The notes: a model not told the origin generated them from the sequence alone. A stretch of DNA of 64,000 nt from Patescibacteria group bacterium (GCA_022574205.1 JACZSL010000001.1:5447-69446); one strand, 5' to 3'; positions 8,670-17,853 are shown, counted from the first letter of the stretch. Made by a program: numbers and translations.

Positions 8670-10337
8670 ATGAAAACACAATTTGGTTTTCTAAAGCTCT
8701 CGCGAGTGGTTACGCCACTCTTCCTCTTCTTTTTTCTGACAAGCTGCGGAGGTGGAGGCGGAGATACGCCCCCACCGCCACCACCTGTGGCCGATAACCC
8801 ACCCACCGTATCGATAGATTTGCCAACAAATGGCGCGACTGTGTCCGATATGGTTTCAGTCGAAGTAACGGCATCCGACGACAGGGGGGTTTCAAAAGTT
8901 GAACTCTTTGTCGACAATGTGTTGTCGTCGTTTATGACATCGGCGCCGTATGACTTTAGTTGGGATTCAACGGCGGTTGCAGACGGAGCGCATATCCTTA
9001 AGGTGGTTGCAACTGACACCAATAATCAGACCGCCACCAGTCAAATCACGATAACAAGTGATAATGGTCCTGTTACATTTCGCATAGACAAGCATCTATT
9101 GACGCCAGTGGCGGTTTACAAAGATGAACTTCCCACTGCTCTTATCACGTATCAAATAGAGATGCAACTTCCGGAGGGTTGGACAGCTTTTGTTCGATTT
9201 AACCGCAATACATTTGTGGTTGGAAACCATGACCTTGTCAATATTCCAATCGAGGATGACGATGGCGACGGTGTTTGGGAAGTAACTTTTGCTACCGGCA
9301 TTCCAGAACCTACTATTGAGTCGCGCGATGGAAAAACGGGTTATGTCAATATTCACATTTTCCTTCTTGATGAAAATGGTATGGAGGTTTTCATTAATTC
9401 TCCAAACGGAGCAAGCTCTAGAACATATCTGGGTGTAGTAGACCGTTCGATTAACTCCACCTTGAGCGCCACGTCCTCTCCTTCAATCATGAGGACTCGC
9501 TCCGCAATATTTTTGCGCGCGGATGACTTCCAGGGAACACTTCAGGATGTCCCAAGAGTCACGCGAACTGTGTACAGCGTCTACGACGATCGTTTTGACT
9601 ATCTGATTGTGTCAAACATTGGGTGGTCATACGGAACTGGTCCAAGAGGCGGGGGTATAAATCCTGCTTCTTTCGGTAGTGCGGGACGTCTCAAAGCAAG
9701 AGCATGGATGAATGACAGCCACAGCCATATAGGTGCAATACACGAAATACTGCATCATCGTCTGTTTTTCTTCAACGATCCCGCTCTTAATATGACCGTA
9801 GGAGATCTTAGGGGAGTTCATATGGGCGCCTGTAGTGACATTGGCCCCGTGTCCATAGGAAGATTTCTGACTGACAATGGAGACGGAACATCCACTTCGG
9901 GAGAACTAAGAACAGCCGATGGCGGTCCGTTAAGTCAACTCGCACTTCGGATGGCGGAGATATCGGCCTGGTGGAATGGTTTCCTTCCGTCGTTCACGCC
10001 TTTCAGGTGTGTGACGGATGAAAGCGTAGATGTGTGGTCCTCTGAACCAATATCAAATTCGTTGATTTCAACAATTGACGAAAATGCGGTCATATCTGTC
10101 TACGGCAATCCACCCTTGTCATACGCAACAGGTCAAAAGGATTATAACGGCATTCTGCTCGTCATATCCCAAGACGGATTTCCTGACGCGGCAACAGCTG
10201 ATTATTTCACGGCGCTCGGAGATCATCTGGCCGGAACAAGCGCCGGATACATGACGAGCAAATTCTTTGCAAGTCCCGGAAGTTTTAACTGGACTACCCG
10301 TGGCGAAGCAATACTGTCGTTTCCGACAGTTCCGTAG
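8670..10337 (+). CDS. lipoprotein zinc metallopeptidase (HEILHH) with N-terminal Ig-like domain
   Basis: Signal peptide plus lipobox (LTSCGGGGGDTPPPPPP). An Ig-like segment VSVEVTASDDRGVSKVELFVDN follows, then the HExxH motif HEILHH. Confidence 0.6.
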   Translation: MKTQFGFLKLSRVVTPLFLFFFLTSCGGGGGDTPPPPPPVADNPPTVSIDLPTNGATVSDMVSVEVTASDDRGVSKVELFVDNVLSSFMTSAPYDFSWDSTAVADGAHILKVVATDTNNQTATSQITITSDNGPVTFRIDKHLLTPVAVYKDELPTALITYQIEMQLPEGWTAFVRFNRNTFVVGNHDLVNIPIEDDDGDGVWEVTFATGIPEPTIESRDGKTGYVNIHIFLLDENGMEVFINSPNGASSRTYLGVVDRSINSTLSATSSPSIMRTRSAIFLRADDFQGTLQDVPRVTRTVYSVYDDRFDYLIVSNIGWSYGTGPRGGGINPASFGSAGRLKARAWMNDSHSHIGAIHEILHHRLFFFNDPALNMTVGDLRGVHMGACSDIGPVSIGRFLTDNGDGTSTSGELRTADGGPLSQLALRMAEISAWWNGFLPSFTPFRCVTDESVDVWSSEPISNSLISTIDENAVISVYGNPPLSYATGQKDYNGILLVISQDGFPDAATADYFTALGDHLAGTSAGYMTSKFFASPGSFNWTTRGEAILSFPTVP

Positions 10338-10369
10338 CTTCACGCAGTTTACAGACCAATGTAGATTTA

Positions 10370-10399
10370 CCCGCTCTTGCAATGAGAGCGGGTTTTTTT
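10370..10399 (+). terminator. hairpin cccgctct-tgcaatg-agagcggg + T7
   Basis: Canonical intrinsic terminator directly after the 10337 stop. Confidence 0.6.
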
Positions 10400-10529
10400 A
10401 TTCATCACAGTAGGGTGTGGGGGTGTGTATAACACCACTATACTTCAGTTCATTTTCGCAATACAATACAGACCAAGAAAGCCGTGGAATGCGGCAGAGC
10501 TTGTTTTTATAACATTTTATATTTCTATG

Positions 10530-10991
10530 GGAAACAAACACACGCTATTCACTATTATTGTCATAGTTATCGTGGCCGTTGGTGTATATCAGATTTTTGA
10601 TTCTGGAGGTAATTCCGGCGGGTCTGCAGTAGTTGACAAAGAAAAGGCAGTCGAAGCTGCTTTTGAGGAACTTCTGGATACTCTGAACGTGAACGTGGTC
10701 AGACTTGCAGACAATGACGCCAATGGGCTATATCTGGTTCATCCAGACACCGGCATGACGTTCTACACAACTCCCGGAGAATGTGTCGGGGAGTGTTTGG
10801 TCAGGTGGCCGCCTCATACGGCCAAACAGGCGTTTGAGGATGGAAGTATAGGAACCACGCTTCGATCTGACACGGGAGAATACCAGTACACATGGAAAGG
10901 AGAAGCGCTTTATACATTTACTGACGATGAGTTTCCAAACAGTGTTTTAGGCGATGGATTTAAGGATGTTTGGAGGATTGCAAGGCCATAA
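10530..10991 (+). CDS. secreted/membrane-anchored protein with COG4315-like (Y.Y..D...GDG..W) motif; start at MGNKHTL
   Basis: TM/signal segment followed by a short Gly/Ser-rich linker (DSGGNSGGS). The C-terminal region YQYTWKGEALYTFTDDE...GDGFKDVW is COG4315-like. Confidence 0.45.
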   Translation, partial: GNKHTLFTIIVIVIVAVGVYQIFDSGGNSGGSAVVDKEKAVEAAFEELLDTLNVNVVRLADNDANGLYLVHPDTGMTFYTTPGECVGECLVRWPPHTAKQAFEDGSIGTTLRSDTGEYQYTWKGEALYTFTDDEFPNSVLGDGFKDVWRIARP

Positions 10992-11007
10992 TGTTTAGTT
11001 CGCGTAT

Positions 11008-13002
11008 ATGTCAGCGCAAAATATTTTCAGCATAAACAGAAAAAAACTCTTTCTAGTTCTCATAGTGCTTTTTGCCGTGCTGGTTTTTGCATTTCCACAA
11101 ACCACGTCGGCGGCATCTATAGCAACCACCGGACAATCCGCGGATGGATTTCTATGTAGTGATTCTTGGACTACGCCTTTTATGAGTACTGCCATCACCT
11201 GGGCTACAAACCAAGGTGTGCCAGGGCCGGATGTTCTAAACATGAGAAATGATATTTTTAGTTTTTTTGGGGCTCCAGGCGGACCAGAAGGAAATATAAA
11301 AACATTGTCAGATAGCAGTGGAGTTTTAAGTTGGAATCTTCGTCAAGTTCAGGGAATTCCTGGGGATGGTCAACGTTGCCAGGCGAGAATCACCGCGGCC
11401 ACTAGTTTTCCACCTCCTCTACCACCAGAAATAACAATAGACGCAAATGGAAATGATCCAGAAACAATAACAGAAGGAGAGAGTGTAATAATAAACTGGT
11501 CTGTTGCAAATAATAATTCTGGCAGTTGCTCTGCAAGCGGAGACTGGTTTGGGTCGAAAAATCCAACAGTAGGCAGTGAGTCCCAAGGTTCACCGAGCGC
11601 AGGACCATATACCTACACATTAGAGTGTACTAACTCCGACGGCTCTGATACCAAGTCTGTAAACGTTACCGTCAATTCTGCACCTCCAGAACTCACTGTC
11701 ACTCCTCCGTCCCTTGCTTTTGGGGATGTGACTGTGCTCTCCCCATCATTACTTGACTTTACTGTAACGAACACGGGAGGTGGAACGCTTTCAGGAGATG
11801 TTCTGTCCGCCGGTCTCACTACCCCGGAATTTGAGTGTTTAAGTAACTGTTTCTACGGTCCAATTTCTGTCGGTGCCCCATGGGATGTCACAATACGTTT
11901 CATTCCAACTGACACGATAAGCTACAGTGATACAGCAATATTTTCTTGCACATCAGGGTGCAGTAATGCTGATCAAAGCAGAGATGTGACAGGAAACGGG
12001 GTTGCGGGGCCGCCGCCAACAGCTGACTCGTTTGATCCTCCAACCGCTACAATTGCACAAGGCAGCACTGTCACACTTACATGGACGAGTACAGGCGCAG
12101 ATCCGGACGGGTGCACAATTGATGACTCAACCACAGGAATTCCGTACACCCCTCTTGCCGAAGATGGAACTTTGGATGTACAGCCTGACTCTGACACAAC
12201 ATATACTCTCACCTGTTCAAATGCATCCGGCGCATCGAACGCGCTCACATCAGTTATTACCGTAAATCCTCCTCCACAGATCACAGATTTTAGAGCCACA
12301 CCAGACACATTTACTGCTCCGGGATCCTCCATACTTGATTGGGATTCTACTGGAGCGACAAGTTGCTTAGGATCTGGATTTAATACAGGTGGAGCAACAA
12401 ACGGTTTTGTTACTGTCTCACCAAGCGTCACAACAACATACATGCTAACGTGCTCAGGTCCTGGCGGACCAGATCATGTTCTGACTGTTGACGTGACTGT
12501 GAACGAGCCGCTGAATGTAACTTTGGACCCGGGAGATAGTAGTGTGGTCGAAGGACAATCAACAATTCTCAGTTGGGATGGTGGAGGAGCGACGAGCTGC
12601 ACAGGATTTGGATTTAATACAGGCGGAGCAACAAGCGGTAACGTGCAAGTGACACCAGTGGCACCTGCGTCAACATACAGAGTGACATGTACTGTTCCCG
12701 GAGACTCAGACACCGCTGAAGTAATAATAACGGTAAAAAGCCCTGCAATTAGCATTAGTGTTAATCCTCGGATAGTAATTCCCGACAGGACAATAGTGAT
12801 ATCGTGGACGACAGTAGACATGGACTCCTGTGAATTGCTTGACCCCGGGGGCATTGGTGTTGCAAGCGGTATCAATAGTTCCTACACCACGCCAGCAATC
12901 ACAGCTGACGGCACGTATACGCTAAACTGTACCGCATTGGGCGAGCTCTTTTCAGCCACAGTCATGGTAAAAATATTCAGCCCACGGTTTGAAGAAATTT
13001 AG
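11008..13002 (+). CDS. large secreted surface protein with repeated Ig-like beta-sandwich domains
   Basis: Signal peptide present. Three ~90-aa internal repeats follow (e.g. TGGATNGFVTVSPSVTTTYMLTCSGPGGPD and TGGATSGNVQVTPVAPASTYRVTCTVPGD). Confidence 0.6.
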   Translation: MSAQNIFSINRKKLFLVLIVLFAVLVFAFPQTTSAASIATTGQSADGFLCSDSWTTPFMSTAITWATNQGVPGPDVLNMRNDIFSFFGAPGGPEGNIKTLSDSSGVLSWNLRQVQGIPGDGQRCQARITAATSFPPPLPPEITIDANGNDPETITEGESVIINWSVANNNSGSCSASGDWFGSKNPTVGSESQGSPSAGPYTYTLECTNSDGSDTKSVNVTVNSAPPELTVTPPSLAFGDVTVLSPSLLDFTVTNTGGGTLSGDVLSAGLTTPEFECLSNCFYGPISVGAPWDVTIRFIPTDTISYSDTAIFSCTSGCSNADQSRDVTGNGVAGPPPTADSFDPPTATIAQGSTVTLTWTSTGADPDGCTIDDSTTGIPYTPLAEDGTLDVQPDSDTTYTLTCSNASGASNALTSVITVNPPPQITDFRATPDTFTAPGSSILDWDSTGATSCLGSGFNTGGATNGFVTVSPSVTTTYMLTCSGPGGPDHVLTVDVTVNEPLNVTLDPGDSSVVEGQSTILSWDGGGATSCTGFGFNTGGATSGNVQVTPVAPASTYRVTCTVPGDSDTAEVIITVKSPAISISVNPRIVIPDRTIVISWTTVDMDSCELLDPGGIGVASGINSSYTTPAITADGTYTLNCTALGELFSATVMVKIFSPRFEEI

Positions 13003-13021
13003 GAGGTAGATATTGAAGAAA

Positions 13022-13056
13022 AAGAATCCTTGCTTTAAAGCAAGGATTCTTTTTTG
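13022..13056 (+). terminator. hairpin aagaatccttgc-tttaaa-gcaaggattctt + T6
   Basis: Perfect 12-bp stem, again built on GAATCCTTG/CAAGGATTC. Confidence 0.6.
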
Positions 13057-13214
13057 TATCACCTTATACGGTGGGAGTCCTAGTCATTACCCGTGACACT
13101 TGACTTCCGTTTATTTTTCAGTCACGATATATGAAGATGTTCAGGGCTTTTTTATGCTTGGCTAGCTAAACGCGTAAATGCCGTCATAATCAACCCTAAA
13201 CAGCAGTATGTGGC

Positions 13215-13228
13215 GGTATTTGTATTCC
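13215..13228. repeat. 14-bp direct repeat ggtatttgtattcc, copy 1
   Basis: Exact copy at 14221-14234. The two copies bracket the two-gene module 13252-14060. Confidence 0.7.
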
Positions 13229-13251
13229 AACTAACTAAAAAGAGTTAGAAA

Positions 13252-13710
13252 ATGAACGTACAACCAAGAACTGTCAAACAGGCATACGATGCTATGAAGA
13301 AATGGGATTTCAGCGTCGTTGAGAATTACCTGGAACGGAAAAAGGGTTATGCTGTCGAGAAGATCGCTGGTATGAAGGAAGAGTATATGCGCTTCCTCTC
13401 GCTGGTGATCGGCGAGCAAACCCCTGCTCCGATCTCGTATGAGGTCGATCCTTTCTGGCATGTGCATGTTCTGCATACGATGAACTACATCCCCTTCTCG
13501 CAAGAAGTGGCTGGTGGCTTCCTTCATCACAATCCTGTTGCGACTGAAGAAGAGCGTCTGGCACTACAAGATGAATACGATGGATTCATCGCGCTGTACA
13601 AGAAGCATTACGGCGAACCTGACCCTGCATTCTGGGGTGGTAGCGACATGGTGTGCATATGCTGCTGTCCTGGTAGTATTTCGCCCCTGCCACAAGGCAT
13701 GGCGGCTTGA
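13252..13710 (+). CDS. hypothetical protein with DPFWHVHVLHT motif and Cys-rich C-terminus (CICCCPG); possibly DUF1399/glycine-rich-domain-like (uncertain)
   Basis: Visibly GC-richer than neighbouring genes. The family name is recalled from the motif only. Confidence 0.4.
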   Translation: MNVQPRTVKQAYDAMKKWDFSVVENYLERKKGYAVEKIAGMKEEYMRFLSLVIGEQTPAPISYEVDPFWHVHVLHTMNYIPFSQEVAGGFLHHNPVATEEERLALQDEYDGFIALYKKHYGEPDPAFWGGSDMVCICCCPGSISPLPQGMAA

Positions 13711-14060
13711 TGAGTAAAGGACGTGGTGTAAAAACCGCGTCCAATTTTATTACTATGATTATAGAAAAAATAAAAAAAGAAAAAGTAGAAGAACTCAAAG
13801 CATGGGGCAAACGTCTCATGGGTGATTTGCATGAAGAAGCAATAGCCTCAATGCGAGAGGAAAATATAACACACGAGTACATGGGCATCTTTGAGATTGA
13901 TGGAGAATGGTATGGAGTTGGTTTTATGCAAGGAGAAAATATACAGCCAGCAACTGATAAAGAAATTAATAATGCACATAAAAAGATTATGAAAGAAGCA
14001 TGCGGTAAGAGAATATCTATTGAGACTATCTATCGTTTAAAAGATAAGGATGATTCCTAG
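13710..14060 (+). CDS. small Lys/Glu-rich hypothetical protein, translationally coupled to upstream gene
   Basis: Its start overlaps the upstream stop (cTTGATGAgt). It is much more AT-rich than the partner gene. Confidence 0.4.
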   Translation: MSKGRGVKTASNFITMIIEKIKKEKVEELKAWGKRLMGDLHEEAIASMREENITHEYMGIFEIDGEWYGVGFMQGENIQPATDKEINNAHKKIMKEACGKRISIETIYRLKDKDDS

Positions 14061-14185
14061 TTTCTATTAAGAGTTTGTATTTGAAATATACACGACGGAA
14101 ACATATCAATAATTTCACTCTGCTCTAATTCTTCCTGTATCTTCCTCCAATTAAGAGTTCTGAACCTACCCTGTCGCTGGAGCAA

Positions 14186-14223
14186 AAAATAATTTACCAA
14201 GGTCCGACCTCCGCACGGAGGTC
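14186..14223. terminator. perfect 18-bp-stem hairpin accaaggtccgacctccg-ca-cggaggtcggaccttggt
   Basis: A/T runs flank it on both sides, consistent with a bidirectional terminator. Confidence 0.6.
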
Positions 14224-14234
14224 GGACCTTGGTA
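14221..14234. repeat. 14-bp direct repeat ggtatttgtattcc, copy 2
   Basis: Exact match to 13215-13228. It overlaps the right arm of the hairpin. Confidence 0.7.
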
Positions 14235-14364
14235 TTTGTATTCCTCGTCCACATAAAAAAGATTGACACTTTGTCACTTCTAGTGTACACATACGCACAG
14301 ACTGGAAACTAAGTCTAGATCTTTTCAAAATTCAACTTCATAAATTACAGAAAGGAGAGCTATT

Positions 14365-15450
14365 ATGCTCAAGAAACTACTGCTTACGCTTGTACTCATG
14401 CTCGTCTCGAGTATGACATTTGCAGGTCAGTTTGCTATACCGCAGCACTCTGTTATTGCACAACGTGGAGACACAGTTCTCGGGACGTGGTGGAGTTTAC
14501 ACCACATCGGATTTGAGGCAATTGGTATCAATCAAAATGCCTATTGCGACATTTTCCGAGCTCGGAATGCACAGTTTTTCTCAATCAACACTCGTGGCTG
14601 CACAAACTCCGGATTCAATAAGTTAGGGACAGGAGTTGTTTGGAACATTCCGATTCCCCCCGTAAAACTTGTCGCCGCTTCCGGTGAGGTAATCATTCTT
14701 GCCGAAAGGCCCGATGGTTCATTAGTCCCCGAAATTATGTCGCAAGAGGAGGTGGCAATAGCAGGGGCAATGGCCACGGAGCGTGAAATGTCTGCTTTGC
14801 AAGTCAGCGAGCTTAAAAGTGAGCTTCTAAATGCATCCGACACAATTGTGGAGAATGAGTCAGAAATTCGAGCGCTAGAAATTGTTGTAGGTCAATACCG
14901 ACAGGCCGAGGAGAGCACGTCTCTTCTGGCAAAGTCTCTTGGCATTGTTGGCCTGCTGTCAGCCACTCTTATAGCAGTGGGTGCGGCATTGCTCATATCT
15001 CTATACCCACTGATGAAGCGAAAAAACAGGAAGCTTGCGGCAGAACTGGAGGAGGTTAAGAAATCACGCGATGCTTTACGCTCCACTCTGGAGGGAGAGA
15101 ATAAGGCGCTTATGGCAAAGATAAAGGAGATTCGTAACCGAGAGAAAAGACTGCGTAGGGCGATATTAAGAACGAACGTTTTGCTGGAGTTGCCAAGCGA
15201 TTTAAGGCAGGTTGACGGCCTTGATGTGTACTTACCGATACTTCGTTTTGTAGACAAGGATGTCAATAACATTCCTGTAGTATATCTTCTGGGGGCGCCG
15301 AACGGGATTGTCTTTGATAACCCAAAGAAAGTGTGGAAGCATCTTTCAGAATACGGAGAGGCTGCAGAAAAGTCCCGGAGGCAATTGGGCATCGAAAGGT
15401 GTGTTGTCACACTAAGGAGCGGTCAAGACGTCGCTCAACTCCAAAAATAA
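14365..15450 (+). CDS. secreted/membrane protein (signal peptide, one TM, C-terminal coiled coil)
   Basis: The start is MLKKLLLTLVLMLVSSMTFAG. A hydrophobic segment LGIVGLLSATLIAVGAALLISLY lies mid-protein. Confidence 0.5.
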   Translation: MLKKLLLTLVLMLVSSMTFAGQFAIPQHSVIAQRGDTVLGTWWSLHHIGFEAIGINQNAYCDIFRARNAQFFSINTRGCTNSGFNKLGTGVVWNIPIPPVKLVAASGEVIILAERPDGSLVPEIMSQEEVAIAGAMATEREMSALQVSELKSELLNASDTIVENESEIRALEIVVGQYRQAEESTSLLAKSLGIVGLLSATLIAVGAALLISLYPLMKRKNRKLAAELEEVKKSRDALRSTLEGENKALMAKIKEIRNREKRLRRAILRTNVLLELPSDLRQVDGLDVYLPILRFVDKDVNNIPVVYLLGAPNGIVFDNPKKVWKHLSEYGEAAEKSRRQLGIERCVVTLRSGQDVAQLQK

Positions 15451-15733
15451 CTACTTATGAAACTGGAAGGCGAGGGAAACCGAGTGCGGAAGGTATTCAT
15501 CATAGGTTTGACTCTGAAGGTCTTAAACAGATGCGGAAGAGTAGATAGAGTAGATATGGTAGATTGGGGCGCTGTTGTGGTAAAACACACAGCGCCTTTT
15601 CATTTTACCCCCACACCTTTCATGGCGTTGTGGTTTTTGCTAAGTAAGTCAATATGGTGGTGTACACAGAATTTAATGATGAATTTAGTTATTATTGCAG
15701 TATGTTAAACAAACCACGTTTCGCCACGCCATT

Positions 15734-15777
15734 AAAGGTGTGGGGGTTTACATATAAAGGTGTGGGGGTTTACATAA
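15734..15777 (+). repeat. 22-bp tandem repeat x2 (aaaggtgtgggggtttacata)
   Basis: Adjacent near-identical units. An inverted partial copy, acccccacaccttt, lies at 15607-15620. Confidence 0.8.
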
Positions 15778-15803
15778 AAAAAACCCGCCTTTTTAAGGGC
15801 GGG
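15773..15803 (-). terminator. hairpin cccgcc-tttttaag-ggcggg with A8 on plus side (T8 on minus)
   Basis: Lies between convergent genes and would serve the minus-strand gene 15826-17118. Confidence 0.55.
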
Positions 15804-15825
15804 CCTCCATAATGAAGTTTGGGAA

Positions 15826-17118
15826 CTAGGGTGTAACGTATTCTATTTGCCTAAGCCCAAAATCGTTCGGACCACGGTCGAGGATTATCGTATCAGCGAC
15901 TGGCGGGGAAGTAGGGTCTGGCGCTTTGGCAACCTCTTCTGTCGGAGGCGCTTCCGGCATTTCTTCTTCGGTTTCCGATACCTTTTTCGGCTTGAACTTA
16001 ATAGGAATACCGCCAGGATCAGGCGTCGCCACAATCCAAGTATTGCCTAAGAGCGCTCGAGTGAAGGATTTTCCGTCGGTAATTGCACCACCTCCACCAA
16101 ACCCTGCAACAGAACGTTCAGATGAAAATGCCTTTGAAATGCTCGTAAGAAGATTGAGTCCACGGCCGCCTGTCGTGACACTGCGGTTGGCAGTCACTGA
16201 CTCCGGCATCGCCACAAGGTTAATTTCCCCAACGCCTTTTACATACCTCAAGACATACTTTGCAACGTCTGCTTGTATTGCCCCCAAGGGATTTATTTTC
16301 TTTGACTCTGACTCTGCGGTCACAATCCCAAGGCACTTCTGCGATCCTTCCGGCAATAAAAACCTCACCGTGTCAGCACGGCTTTTTCTTGCTTTAGCCA
16401 CGAGGTTCTGGTGTGGGACAAAAACAATGCGCGTGCCGCCAACCTTTCCTTCCTCCGGTATAAGAGGCTTACCGCGAGTATACTGCTGTTCGCACTCAGA
16501 GTTAAACCACTCTGCCAACCTTATTCCTCCTTCGGCTGCGTCCACTGACTCATTGAAGAGCTGTGGTTCCGGCAAAAATGGAGTACTGACATGCAGTATA
16601 CCCGGCAGTGGTTCGGGCGAGACAAACGTAACGGTCTGCGTTGGAGCAACATTTACGTCTCCGGTGGAGACGTTTACGTCACCTGTGGTGAGACTCACGT
16701 CGCCGTCGTTAACCGTCACACTTTGGTCACCGGTTCTTATCGCGCCATCAGCAATATTTACGCTGCCGCCAGTTGCCGTGGCACTACTACCTTCTACGTT
16801 AACCGTGTTGCTATTATCGTTCTTGTTAACGTTTTTGTTTTTGATGTCGATATCGTTCTTGTTAACGTTTTTGTTGTGAATGTCGATATCGTTCTTGTTA
16901 ACGTTTTTGTTGTGAATGTCGACTGTGGCACTACCCCCATACGCGGTCGATTTAGCAACCGCTTTCGCGCTTTGGCTTTGCTTCTGACCCTGCTTTTGCT
17001 TCTGTTTCTGACTCTGCTCCTGATTTGGAGCCGACGGTTTGTATCGATCATCTGCGAACGTGGTTGTCGACGCGAAAAGCGCAATAACAAACAGTACAAA
17101 CAACATTTTTGTATTCAT
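15826..17118 (-). CDS. secreted protein with KQ-rich region and 12-aa tandem repeats (DIHNKNVNKNDI x3)
   Basis: The signal peptide is MNTKMLFVLFVIALFASTTTFA. The repeats and low-complexity region are read from the translation. Confidence 0.55.
   Translation of the reverse strand: MNTKMLFVLFVIALFASTTTFADDRYKPSAPNQEQSQKQKQKQGQKQSQSAKAVAKSTAYGGSATVDIHNKNVNKNDIDIHNKNVNKNDIDIKNKNVNKNDNSNTVNVEGSSATATGGSVNIADGAIRTGDQSVTVNDGDVSLTTGDVNVSTGDVNVAPTQTVTFVSPEPLPGILHVSTPFLPEPQLFNESVDAAEGGIRLAEWFNSECEQQYTRGKPLIPEEGKVGGTRIVFVPHQNLVAKARKSRADTVRFLLPEGSQKCLGIVTAESESKKINPLGAIQADVAKYVLRYVKGVGEINLVAMPESVTANRSVTTGGRGLNLLTSISKAFSSERSVAGFGGGGAITDGKSFTRALLGNTWIVATPDPGGIPIKFKPKKVSETEEEMPEAPPTEEVAKAPDPTSPPVADTIILDRGPNDFGLRQIEYVTP
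16815..16922 (-). repeat. 36-bp tandem repeat x3 inside the 15826-17118 CDS
   Basis: The units are tatcgttcttgttaacgtttttgttKtKaatgtcga. Confidence 0.85.
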
Positions 17119-17234
17119 TTTCGCCTACCTCTCTGTGTATCAAGTTACAAGTTGTCCTATATTCCGTAGCCATTTTACGTAGCTTTTTCAAATTGTCAAG
17201 GTTTTAAAACCATAAGACTACCGGTGGTTTTTGC

Positions 17235-17283
17235 CTACCTTTAAAACAGCGTTATTTTCTGGTACTATTTTGCCGATGGCAGA
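17235..17283. repeat. 49-bp direct repeat, copy A (ctacctttaaaacagcgttattttctggtactattttgccgatggcaga)
   Basis: About 85% identical to 19518-19568. It covers the last 11 codons of the 17252-17764 gene and includes a degenerate trpS-like start ATGGCAGA. Confidence 0.8.
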
Positions 17284-17764
17284 GAAGGGATTGCTTTATT
17301 CCTCTTTTATATTTTTCAAGTGAGGGAAGACCGAGTGACTCTCGTCGCTTATCTACATTTTTTTCGTCTCTTATGGGTAGAAAAGCAACGCTACCATTTT
17401 TTACTTTGTATTGTGTGCCGTACATTTGCTCACCACCTGAAATTACTTTAATTTTATCTACCAACATCGCCTCATCTTTTCTTTCTACATTTGAATCATT
17501 CTGTCGGTGCATTTCTAAGTATTGCTTCATAAGGGGAATATCACCAGAGTGTAGAACCAATACTAACATTGCTTTATATGTGTTTTCTCCGTATTGCTTT
17601 GTGACAATACCATGTTGTTTAAGAATTTGTTTAACCCTTGTTGTATTCTTTTTCACTCGCTCCAGCCAGATTCGTCTGTCAATTTTGCGTTGAGAAAATG
17701 CAGCGATTATTTCTTGATCGTTTTTGAGAAGCCCTCTTAGCTCTTTGATTATATCTTTCGTCAC
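17252..17764 (-). CDS. hypothetical protein (170 aa), last gene of graspetide cassette
   Basis: GTG start. Its C-terminus is encoded by repeat copy A. No family recognised. Confidence 0.45.
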   Translation of the reverse strand: MTKDIIKELRGLLKNDQEIIAAFSQRKIDRRIWLERVKKNTTRVKQILKQHGIVTKQYGENTYKAMLVLVLHSGDIPLMKQYLEMHRQNDSNVERKDEAMLVDKIKVISGGEQMYGTQYKVKNGSVAFLPIRDEKNVDKRRESLGLPSLEKYKRGIKQSLLCHRQNSTRK

Positions 17765-17783
17765 ATTCTCATTCTACAAAAAG

Positions 17784-17813
17784 GGCCGCGAACACACAAA
17801 CGTGTTCGTGGCC
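17784..17813 (-). terminator. hairpin ggccgcgaacac-acaaac-gtgttcgtggcc followed (minus strand) by cttttt
   Basis: Sits directly after the precursor ORF and 6 nt before the next gene start. It looks like an attenuator. Confidence 0.5.
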
Positions 17814-17853
17814 TTGCTGGTTACCCTAATCACCGACTGATTTGTCGTGTCGG

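Noticed and set aside
7146-8679. ORFs 7146-7451 (-) and 8281-8679 (-) with Leu-rich translations
   Set aside because: They are antisense translations of purine-rich (agaag)n repeat stretches with no start context. They overlap intergenic repeats flanking the S9 peptidase gene.
11402-12875. Several minus-strand ORFs (e.g. 11973-12443, 12474-12875) inside the 11008-13002 gene
   Set aside because: They are antisense to a long ORF with a signal peptide and clear domain repeats, and are typical shadow ORFs.
15926-16879. 317-aa plus-strand ORF overlapping the 15826-17118 gene
   Set aside because: The minus-strand frame has a signal peptide, in-frame tandem repeats and a terminator at its 3' end. 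The plus-strand ORF is its antisense shadow.
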